From contig CAJINV010000011.1 of the NCBI GenBank assembly GCA_905178155.1, forward strand, positions 1,385,216 through 1,449,215: a DNA stretch of 64,000 bases, given 5' to 3'. This DNA is from Amoebophrya sp. A120 (taxonomy: Eukaryota; Protista; Dinoflagellata). A model generated the notes under the pieces. That model saw nothing but the letters and a program-made list of their open reading frames with translations. It did no database searches and had not been told where the DNA came from. Positions 45,340 through 55,800 of the stretch are shown here, piece by piece. A program made the position numbers and the translations under genes. How positions within the stretch are numbered: position 1 is the first letter of the stretch; each line of letters begins with the position of its first letter.

Positions 45340-46932
45340 TACTACACTCGTCTCAACTGTTGTTACACGAATTTGCGATGCAAAACGAGCAAAAGTCGTG
45401 CAGCGAGGGAGCCTGATGCGTCGTCGTGTCCCGCATTTTCAAAAAAAATTCGGCACAGCTTATTTCCATGGCATGCCGTTTAGCGCTTCAAGAATATGTC
45501 ATGCCAAGTTGGCCCGCCGTGGAAGGTCGGCAACGGCCGCTGTTCCGCCGTGGCTGGTCTGCCACATCTGTTGGTCTGCCGCTGCTGGTCCGCCGGGCGT
45601 GGCAGGTTGTCCGCAGCTGTTGATCCGCCGTGGCTGGTCTGCCATACATTGCTGGCCCCCCGTGCCCGTTGCAGGTCTGGTCGATGCCACCGTTGGCCCG
45701 CCATGGCACTTTTGCCGCAGCTGCTGTTCCGCCGTGGCTGGTCCGCCCTGGAAGGTCTTCAATCCCGCGCGCTTTTCTTTGGGAGTTGGCCCCGAGCCCT
45801 TTCCGAGCTGGGTCGCTTCCGTTGTGTTTGCCTTGGGAAATGCGCGGAAGCCTTCCCCCGATTTTCGCAAAGCCCTTCGCCACATGCACATGGAGGCTGG
45901 GCTGCCGCGGCTGGTCTGCCACTGCTGGGTGGCCCGCCGTGGCAAGTCTGCCGCTGCTGGTCCACCGGGCGTGGCAAGTTGCCCACCGCTGCTGATCCGC
46001 CGTGGCTGGTCTGCTATTGCTGGCCCGCCGTGTTTGTGGCAGATCTGGCGCCACCGCTGGTCCGCCATGGCACTTCTGCTGCAGCTGCTGGTCCGCCCTG
46101 GAAGGTTTGCCAAGGCTGCTGTGGCAGATGCCACCCACAGATGGTCTGTTGTGGCCAGAGCTGCTCCGCCATGGTACATGGTAGGTCGGCCACAGGAGTC
46201 GCTGAGCCGCAAAATGGAAGGTCTGCCAGGACTGGTCTGCCATGGGTTGCCTGCCGTGGCTGGTTTGCCACGCACTGCTGGTCGGACCAGCCATGCATGG
46301 CAGGCCTGGGGGCCCGCCATGGTAGGTGTGCCGCAGCTGGTCCGCAATGGCAGGTCTGCCGCAGCTGCTGGTCCGCGCGCCATGGCTGGGCTGCCATGGC
46401 TGGTGGGTCTTCCATGGCTGGTCTGCCGTGGCAGGTCTTCTCCTTACTGCTGGTTCGCCATGCATGGCAGGCTGGTTTGCCATGGCAGGTCTGCCACAGC
46501 TGCTGGCCGGCCTTGGCCGGTCTGCTACAATTGCTTGGCCCGCCATGGCTGGTCTACCACAGCTGCTCCGCCATGGCAGGTCTGCCGCAGGAGCTGCCTG
46601 TCCGCAAAATTACAGGTCTGCCACATCTGCTGGCCCGCCATGGCTGGTCTGCCATGGCTTGTCTGCCGTTGCTGGTCTGCCAGGCACTGCGGGTCCGCCA
46701 TGCGTGGCAGGTCTGCCAGTGCCATAGCTGGCCCGAAGTTGGAAAAATGTTTGTCGGAGTTGGAGAAGTTTTTTGATTTTTTTTTTTTCCTTAGTTAACA
46801 TTTCTATGGCATGCCGTTTAGCGCTTCAAGAATTTGTCATGCCAAGTGGAGTCTTGATTGTGCGGAGGCTGATAGGTTTTTTGCACCACGACAAATCCCG
46901 ATGTATTAACAGTTGTTGAGAGCAGTGTAGTA
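45340..46932. mobile_element. Introner carrying a nested 1.3-kb insertion
   Basis: TIR tactacactcgtctcaactgttgtta / taacagttgttgagagcagtgtagta; cgtt repeated on both flanks. Confidence 0.75.
45510..46799. repeat. GC-rich degenerate minisatellite insert (gccatggctggtctgcc / gctgctggtccgcc units) flanked by a 48-bp duplication
   Basis: Dozens of related short units and a T-rich right end. Flanks 45462-45509 and 46800-46847 match at 46/48. Confidence 0.9.
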
Positions 46933-47223
46933 ACGTTTGAGACCACTGTCATATCCTGGTTGCTGGAATTGTAAGTAGGATTCTGGATGCGGACCGGAAA
47001 CGACGTGCAAGGAACTCTCTCTGCACATGAAGGAATCGGGATTGGCGGACACGCGGATGACCCATGACCTGTGGGCAGAAGTACTGTGTGAAAGGGCGGG
47101 CGGAGGCTTAGAATATTTGCACGACTCCGACACGAAGGTTCTCATTAACGAGGACGACCCGCGTTGGGCGTCTAATGACAAGACCCTTGCGGAAAAATGC
47201 TGCGCGAAGCCCGCTATGGTGCT

Positions 47224-47393
47224 TATGCATTGCAAAAGCTATGTATCCAATACAACGATTAGTGATCGCATCTTCTTCATCACAAATTTCCCCAGAAGGG
47301 GAAATGAAAGTTATCATGCATGAACTATGCAAAAGGGATTTGTCGTGCATAATTGCGATGAGTACGAATACGATATTGCTTTTGCAGTGGATA
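47224..47393. mobile_element. Introner (family A)
   Basis: tatgcattgcaaaagc...gcttttgcagtggata; DR gtgct/gtacc; 175-nt removal is in frame. Confidence 0.85.
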
Positions 47394-49003
47394 GTACCCG
47401 GACCACCCGCCGCCCGATCCACCTCGTCGTCCAGTGCCTCCTTTTTGCAAGCATAAATGAGTATATGCATTGCAAAGAATAAAAGTGAAAGTATGTCTGG
47501 GCGGTCTGGAACGCGATGAATGCGACTTGTGATGATGAGTCTGGAGGAGTAAACAAAAATACGTCGTGCATACGTATTTAATTCGCAGTAAAAGCAAGCG
47601 CGCGCTTTGTGCTTGTGTTTCTCGAAATATTTTCAGCTTGCACAGTTTATTTACCGTTCTATTTTTGAAAAGCTACGTAAAAATCAATGTCGATTTGATG
47701 CTCCGTTGTATCGAAATTAAATATCAGAGCAGCTTTAGCAGACCATGACACCGACACTCTTTACCTTGTGAAACTTTGTTTTGATGCAGAATAAGGAAAT
47801 TAATTTCATCACGAAAATACATTTAAGTAACGAAGTACCTACCGTATTAGCTGTCGCTTGTTGCAGATGAAGTCTTTCGATTTTTGTCGCGTTGGTCCTC
47901 TCAATGTGGTTGTCTGTTTTCTACGCCGCATCATCATCTTAATGGGACTGGGGGCTTCAAAAATGTTGAAGCATGTGAATCTACTCTAGGACTACACGTG
48001 ACGAGGGAGGTCAGCCGTCATCGACAACAAACAAGGCAGCTGATTGCTATAATCTTTGCTATGTGCTCCTGCTGCTCACGAGTTTTTACTATAATGTAGA
48101 GCCTTTTTCTTTTGGGTTGTGTTAAAATTGGAACAAGCACAACTACTTTTCGAGCCGAAGTGCAAGCACTCAGTCATCGGAGAAAGTAAGCTACAAATGA
48201 AGATCTGCGAATGGTAATTGTACTTTTTTCAGGCACAGGCACAACAAAGATTAGAATACATGATTTTTTTCGGGCGCCGAACTGTTTAAACTTTTGCATC
48301 CGAAATTTTTCAAATCGGTTTACTCCAGGAAGTGGGCTGCTGGCGTCAAGCACCGTGCATGAGCATGACGCCAGCCCACTTCCTGGGCCGCTTTTTATGG
48401 TAAAAATGGCTCGGTTGAATGCAATGCGTGACTAAGTAACTACAGTTTTTCATCGGTTGACGAAGTGAGTTTCTTTGTAGTTCGGTGACTCGCCGCGTCG
48501 TCCTTTCTCTCAGCCTTTCGTTCACCTTTCGTTCGTCCTTCGCGGTACTGACGGTGCGCTCGTCTCTGCTGCTTTCAAAGACCAACAAGAAAAACTACTA
48601 CGATGCAACAATGTTGTAGAGAACGCAACTAAAAAATCAGGACCCGAAGACTCTTTGGTTTCTACTAATATCCTCTAATTGCTCATCAATTTGCTCAAAG
48701 TCACAAACAAGAAGAATTAACGAAGAAGATATAAATCTTCAACTTGCGCTAGTATTTCAAGAATTTCAGCACATTACTATACTACTTTGTTCGATTGCTG
48801 GCTTTTGAAGACAGCATCTCATCTCTTTTTTAGAAGCAAACGAATACCATTGTACAAGAAGAACAACTTACGTCAGCCTCAGAGTTCTTGTACAGCCTGC
48901 TACAACAACATCCAGGGTAGAAGAAGTACTGAAGGAACACAACCACTCTCCTGTCGACATCAAGAGCGAAGGTCTTGGGAACAAGTAAGCCACCGACGTC
49001 ATC

Positions 49004-50932
49004 ATGATGCTGCGAACCAAAACGGCCGCGCAGTTACTGCTGTTGGGATCATCGGCCGGTGGTCCCAATTTCAGCTTGGTGGGAGCGGTGGACACGGCGA
49101 AGGAGCAGTATGAATTGCAAAAATGTCTGGGTCTGGAAGATTGGAGCTTGTCATGCTAAAACCAAATCATGCAAAAATCAAAATCTGTGTTGCATGACTG
49201 CCAAAAGCTGTCCTCTTTCGACCAAGTTGGGAGGGAGTTTCTCATGCAGGATAGGCATGACATAGTCATAGATCTCACAGACTCTGTCATGCTAGGTCCT
49301 GCATTCCAAACCTCATGGGGCATGGAAAATATGCATGAGAAGTTTGCATTCTTCCAGACCCAGACATATTTGCATTTGATAAGCAGAACCGCGAATCCAT
49401 GTTGAACAAGCAGAAGGAAGGCTGCACCCCCGAAGCGAAGAACGAAGCAAAAACTGCCCCTGCTGCTGCTGCTGGTCCCTACGCTGATTTGACGTGCGAG
49501 GAATATGACAAGCTTCCGGTGCTGGCCAAAGTGAGCGTGCAGTGCGACAGCGGGGCTGCGTTTTATCGAGACGCATCGAAAATTGCGAAGCTTATCCTGC
49601 CGAAATGAAGTCTTGACGCTAAATAACAAGCCTTGACGTGGTGGTCGACCAGGGTGGTCGCAGCTACGCTGTGCGGTGCATGATTATAAAACAAAAAACA
49701 TAAAACTACAGCAGCAGCAAATAAGCGCAAGAACTGGTACCCCATTTTTACAGCATGATGACTATTTCATGTGAACAAGATAGAATAGTACATAGACAAC
49801 ATGCAAATCATGTATGTAGTCTGTCTCTTTCTGTTTGTTTGTAGTGCTCGCATCAGAAGACCAACATCATCGTCCGGAGCAGAATGGGCGCTCAAGGCTT
49901 AGCAGCGTTATTTCTTTATTTTCGGATAAGGTCGGGTCGAGTCGAAGAGGTCAAGAAGGCATGCTGCAAGATCGCCGAAGGTCCAGGCGGGGGTGCCTCC
50001 TTTCTCCAGCTATTCGAAGAAAAAGTTCCCCAACCCCTCAGGATTAGATAATCTGCGACGCTGGAATTATGTTGGTGTTGCACGCAAAAGAACTTGTCGT
50101 TGTTTCACGACCACGGCGGTGAAGTATTGGGATTTGCGTACTACACAAATTAGCTTTGTCTTGCAGCATTAAAGGACTGCAAGTAGATCATCTCAAGGTC
50201 AAGCCTGGGCACGGATGTTCTATGTATCCGGTGTAGGTTCTTAGCATGAAGACAGTTTGAGCCTATGCTGTGCAAACCGCGTGCATGATTATGCGGCGGA
50301 CTCTCTACTGTCTCTGAAAAATGTCGCGCTGCCCTCTTGGAAGACAGGCGCGGCCACAAATCAGCATCGAAAATCCTCAGAAGCATACGCACCTTTCCAA
50401 AATGGGGATGTCGGGGGATTTTTCCCCACGATAGGACACGGCGAAGAAGGGCCCAGAAGATGACAACAAGAAGGACGGCGGGGACGGCAAGGGCTGCTGT
50501 GGTGGGGGAAAGGATGACGACAAGAAGACTGGCGCGGCCTCGTTTCTTTTGACGGCGAAGAAGGGCCCAGAAGATGACAACAAGAAGGACGGCGGGGACG
50601 GCAAGGGCTGCTGTGGTGGGGGAAAGGATGACGACAAGAAGACTGGCGCGGCCTCGTTTCTCCTGACGGCGAAGAAGGGTTCAGGAGAAGACGAGGAGAA
50701 CAAGAAGGGCGAGGACGGCAAGGGCTGCTGTGGTGCTGCTGCTGGGGATGAAAAGAAAAACGGTGGCAAGACTGGTGCGGCCTCGTTTCTCCTGACGGCG
50801 AAGAAGGGTTCAGGAGAAGACGAGGAGAACAAGAAGGACGGCGGTTGCTGTGGGGAGAAAGCGGACGGTGGGAAGACGGGGGCCCCCAAGGCTCGGGCCT
50901 CGTCCAGCAGCACTTCCTTTGTACAAGTCTGA
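49004..50932 (+). CDS. Cys-rich secreted protein (paralog 4) with C-terminal KGCCG / ASFLL repeats; 4 exons split by 3 introners
   Basis: MMLRTKTAAQLLLLGS...GAVDTAKEQ-NRES...GC...LTC...VQC...IAKL-GRVEEVKKACCK...ASFLQ-AKKGPEDD...SSTSFVQV*. Confidence 0.7.
49109..49381. mobile_element. Introner (family B)
   Basis: tatgaattgcaaaaatgtctgggtctggaag...cttccagacccagacatatttgcatttgata; DR agcag; 278-nt removal is in frame. Confidence 0.92.
49593..49928. mobile_element. Introner (degenerate)
   Basis: tatcc..ccgaaatgaag / ctttattttcggata plus aaataac..gccttga / tcaaggc..gttattt; DR aagct/aggtc; 341-nt removal is in frame. Confidence 0.7.
50011..50433. mobile_element. Introner (family C, degenerate)
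   Basis: tattcgaagaaaaagttcccc / ggggatttttccccacgata; DR decayed; 428-nt removal is in frame. Confidence 0.7.
50437..50885 (+). repeat. About four coding tandem repeats (first two 114 bp)
   Basis: TAKKG(P/S)...NKK...GCCG...KTGAASFLL repeated. Confidence 0.92.
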
Positions 50933-52847
50933 ACTGGGAAGAACCTGATGAACCGTGCTTACAAACGCGGCAAGCTTCTTTTCGAAGTGCTTCGAACGTT
51001 CTGTTTTCCCGGCGAGGTGAACGGGACTCTCTGGGAGGAGGAGGTCTTCCTGACGCATGATCCTGACTGGCAGGATTGTACGGTAGAGGAGTTTACAACT
51101 TTTCAAGTGTAAGAAAATTGTTATGTTGATTGCAGCGAAAATGAAAATCAAAATTTTACGTAAGTGAAGAGTACCAGTAGCGTATTTGTGGTTCTTTCTA
51201 TGAAATGTGAGAGTGTTCGAGCCAACAAGAACATTTTTACCTGCGTATAAATATTTATTCGTTTTCTTCTTTCAAAAAGTGCTGATCTTGTGAAACTTTG
51301 TTTTCCACACATAAAATTAATCGATCTTTTGCTTTTCTTTTTGGATTTTGCACCTAATTAAGTAACTCAGTACATTCCTCCTCTGTTATGTTTGCCGTAC
51401 AATACGAATAACATTAACAATTCTATGTTACATGAACTGAAAATGATTTACACATTTGCTGTTGCATGGGAATTTTTAGATTCTCATGGTATAATTTTGC
51501 GTCTGTTTCGAGGAGCAAACAGAAACAGACGAGGTAGTGCCCTAAATAAAAACCCATCGACGACAAGATCAAGAAACAGTGAAGTGCTAGCACTTCGTAG
51601 AAGTACCAAAAAATGGTACAAAGGCAACCACGATGAGCACCACATGTTATCTTCTTCGCAAACAAAAAAAATCCTCTATCTTCATCTTTCTGCGGCAGGA
51701 GCGATTTCGAATTCCCGTTATGATGAGGCTCTCGTCGATGTGTTCACCCGAATGAAAATAAACTTGACATTGATCAGCGTGATAGTTTCTTGTTAATGTT
51801 GGTAGCTCGCAGGAGCAGCCAGGGACGAGATGAAAGCTATGGCGCTGTAGTTTTCTTGGGTCGAGAAGTTAGAGTTATGTCATCCAGCACTGTGTGTTGT
51901 TCGAAATGAATATATGGAAGATTTCTGACAAGGACGCTCGAGCAGTGCTAGATCAGCAAAATGCAAATCATAGTACCAAAAAATGATCTTCATCAAAAAT
52001 GCGTCAGGACTTACTTCCTACTTCAACTGCGAAATCGGAATCTTTTGAAATTCCGGATCGATTAAATGCACTACTAGTTATTTTGGGCTCCTCCTCCTTG
52101 GTTCACCGGTCGTGGGAAGCAAAATATCAGTTCGTGCCCTTACCTTATCATCTACATAAACACCTTCGCAACTCATGGAAGAACAAAAACAACTTCTTGT
52201 TTGCTGTGGCAAGCAGAAGCACCGCATGGAAAAAATGCACTTCTCCCATGGGAGGACCACATTGAACACCAGGGTAACAGCTATTGGACCACTACTTCCT
52301 GCGAAACTTAGTAGAGGCTTTCGTGTCGGAAGATGAAGATCATCTGGGACAACTACTACAGACTTCGTCTTGTATTTCAATTTATTCAACTCTACTACTT
52401 CAAAATACGGCCAGTTCGTATTTTCTTACAACAACAACGACTTTTTTATCGCAAAAACTTACAAGGGTATCGCTATCGACTTTGTCGTTTGCTTTTACTT
52501 TTTCGCTACTTTTTATCTTCGTCTTCGACTTGTTCGTCGTCGTTGGAAATAATCACGCAAGCCATTTCCTTTTACAACTTGACCAACTATTCACTTCCAG
52601 GAGGCGGGAGTGTATATCGTCGTCCGTCTTCACCGACTAACTCATCGCCAACATCATCCGGTGTAATTCTACTAGTGTGAGACTTAGCATAAGCAACAGC
52701 ATTCGCGGGGACGAGGGTGGTGCTAAAGTATCAACGTAAACTATCAACATTGGAACTCTACAACTTCGTGGTCGAAAGAACTTTACTTCGTTATCGTTCT
52801 TTCCGAAAAACTTCTAAAACTTCTATAGGCCTGTAAGCAAAATCAAA

Positions 52848-55800
52848 ATGGAGACCACGCAGAACCTGTTGAAGCCGTGCGGTAGTTCTCGAGAACTAGA
52901 AGGAGACAACATCGAGAACATGTTGGGATCTTCGAAATTTGATGTTCCCGGCGACGTTTATTGGGGCGCTGCTCGTGGTCACCTCCGGGGCGCGGCATTT
53001 TTTACCCTGCTCGGACTGCAAGTACTAGCTTTATCTCTCGGCCAGTCCGCTCAACTTGCCGCGGCAATGGAGTCGCGGAACCAGCAGAAGCCTCCGCCGA
53101 GCACAAGTAGACGCCGACGCGGACGCCCCACGACAACTGCAACTTCGGGGCGGGATGATGATGCCGTGCCTCTACTGCCCGGACCTGTGGTCAGAGGGTC
53201 CGCTTACTGTCCGGATCTTCAGATGCGTACTAGAAGCTGCGCGACTTCTAGTGAGGTCCATGTTGGGACGAGCCCTATGAGTGCTAGTGCAGCTGCGGCT
53301 GCTCCAGCTCCCGAGGGAGGCGGTGGACATCCACAAGAACAACCAGCGCCGTACTACGTTCCGTACGGAGGAGATTGTTCTCCTTCTAGCCAGACCGACG
53401 GCCCGCTGATGCCCCCATTTTCCGGGAGTGGTCCTTTTGCGCAGCTATGCCTTGCAAATATCCCTGGATATTGTCTGGAAGAATGCGCCTTTTCATGCGA
53501 AGTCTCGAACCCAAAAAGATCTGTGTTGCATGAACCCCAAGAGCAGCTGCCCTTTTCTTCCTAGGTAAAAGGTGGATCATTTTTCATGCGGAGTACTTAG
53601 TTAGACATGATCAAGAGGGTCCTTGGGTCGCGCAAAATCTGTGATGCTTCTGTGCATTGCAAATCTTGCATTCCTCCAGGCCCAGATGAAGACATATTTG
53701 CAATGCATAGCAGCAGCAGCAGTACACCTACTGTGGAGGTTCCGGCTTCGCTTGCGGTTCATCCCCTTCTTCGACCTCGGGAGCCGCGTCGCCGACTCCC
53801 ATCACGGTTTATTGTCCCATGATAGCCGTCCCCGTCCCCGTCTACGTCCCGAACCCGATGGGCCAGCAGGGGCAGACCCAGCAGCAGCATCAACATCATG
53901 TTCCAGTAGGCTCCTACGCTTCTGCTTCACCTTTATCTTGGTCGTCTTACGGTCCGGCAGCCGGCGCAGGAGGAGGAGTCGTGCTGTCACCGAATAGTGG
54001 TGCGATGTCTCTTCCTGCTGTGGACGAGGTTCAAGAACTACCGCAGGGAAACAATAGTACAACCCATCAGTACGATCAAAACCTGTTTACAAGAACTCCT
54101 TATGCATTGCAAAAGTAACGTAAACGTACCAGTATAAATAGCATCACAAAAAATTTCCGCAAGAACAGAAATGGAATTTGTAATTCTGTTGTAGGATTAG
54201 GTTTAGAAAGAGATTTGTCGCGCATGACTGCAATTTGATAGACGAATGCGGTGCTTTTGCAATGCATACACCTGGGGGAGGAGAAAGAACGCAGGGGCAT
54301 CAAGTACCAGCAGGCACGGCCGGCGGCCAGTCGTACGTTTGGCGCCCAACCGGACGAACACGCCCGAACCCCTGGCTCTGCGAGCAGGAACAACAACCAG
54401 ATATCTGCTCTGCTGCACAAAACGTGGGCTGCGCTTCGGGTGGAGGTCTACTTGGAGCTGCTCATTGTGATTCGAAATTTTATAGGCACCCTTGGAGCGC
54501 TTTGCGGCGTGCCTCGCAACAAGGACGAACGATCTTCCCTGGCACAGCAGCTCGTGGAGGTCCACCAGGAGGTCGTGGGGACACGACAACTCCTCAAACT
54601 GAACCTCCTTCGGGTTCGGGCGGCAAAAACCACGACAGGGAGCACGACCAGAAGTCCGGGTTTCATCAAGAAAGCGGGGGGCCGAGTTCGTCTCTATGTC
54701 TTCAACGGTCGTTAGCGTACAGAAGTGTGAATTTGCAGTGAATTTGTATTGCATGACTTGCATTTACTTAAAAGAGAAGAGCGCTACGTATTAGACACAC
54801 GAGCCCAAGCATACCACATAGCCTGAAGGGCTGCTCGTCGCGTGGTGGCGCTTGCAGCACCAAAAGAGGTGGTCTTGCGGGGGCTCGCCGGGCTGTGTAG
54901 TGCGTATCTAGCGACCAGAGAAGGTGGGTCGGGGGGCTCTTAGTCTTCTGCGCGTCTGCCTCAGAAGTTCCTCTCCGAAATGGTCGAAAGGGAGGGCGAC
55001 GCCTGAACACAGGGGCACTAGTTCAACATGTATGCTCTCACGAGTTGTGGTTGGCTCGGCTTGGACTTGGATATCTGGGAGCAGCCTCGGGTGGAAGGGG
55101 AGGCACGATTCGGCCGCGGGCGCTAGCTTGCTTCGCCTGCTGTGCTCTGCTCACAACGGCCGGAGAGTTCACGCGCCTGCCGGATAGACGCGTCAAAGCT
55201 CTCGGCCGGGTCCTTTCGCCCTTGCCTTCGCGCCTTCTTGCCTAATTGCATTTGCTTCGCAGCGCTTTCTTTTTGGCGTCTCTGCCCCGGCTGCTGGCAG
55301 CAGCTGCAGTGCTCTTATGCGAGCACAGGGAGACGAATAGACATGGCCAAAGAACGGCACCCAGGCCATGTCTAGAAGCTGCCCGCCGCATAAGCCTTGA
55401 ATTCTGCGGTGTGCAGATCGCACTTCCCAGAAGGGCAAGAGGGACAATGTACCGGCGGACCCACCTGCAATTTGTCATGCAAAATTCACTACAAATGCGC
55501 AACTTCTCACGCTAACGGATGTTAAAGCTCTAGACCAGAAGTCCGGGTTTCGTCAAGAAAGCGGGGGGCCGAGTTCGTCTTCTTGTTCTTGGAACCAGGG
55601 CGGTCGTCCTGGTCGTCGAAGCAGAGGGGATGCGAAGAAGTTCTGTGCGCAGATTCTGCGGGACGAGGTGGACGAACTCGTCGACAGTGCTTACAGCCTG
55701 GCAACATGTGCGGGCAGACACGAGGACGAGGACCAAAGCGGGAACATGATTACGACCCCGGGCAACCTGGACAGCGACCGACTCGGGGTTGTGGTGGCAC

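Larger units (their letters stand above)
44808..47456 (+). pseudogene. Cys-rich secreted protein (paralog 3) with an in-frame TAG at 46976-46978
   Basis: The leader MLRRKAGAAQWLLLGS resembles MMLRTKTAAQLLLLGS at 49004. After removing three introners: ...YPGCWNCK*DSGCGPETTCKE...VLCE...AEKCCAK...SASFLQA*. Confidence 0.55.

Noticed and set aside
45398-46798. Long overlapping ORFs (466, 426, 352, 294 aa)
   Set aside because: By-products of a GC-rich stop-poor minisatellite; open on both strands with repetitive translations.
46976-46978. Stop-codon reassignment (TAG read as sense; also ...HCC-TAG at 42550 and 43390)
   Set aside because: Reassignment is reported for one Amoebophrya lineage, but here 849- and 1184-codon ORFs contain no in-frame stops, and genes end in TAG, TGA or TAA. 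Isolated nonsense mutations or true stops are simpler.
47464-47572. Introner after the stop of paralog 3
   Set aside because: A family-B-like left end is visible (tatgcattgcaaag...atgtctgggcggtctggaa), but there is no convincing right TIR or DR; probably a remnant.
54768-55502. Transposase ORF inside the 838-bp TIR element
   Set aside because: Only short ORFs with no DDE or DNA-binding motif recognised.
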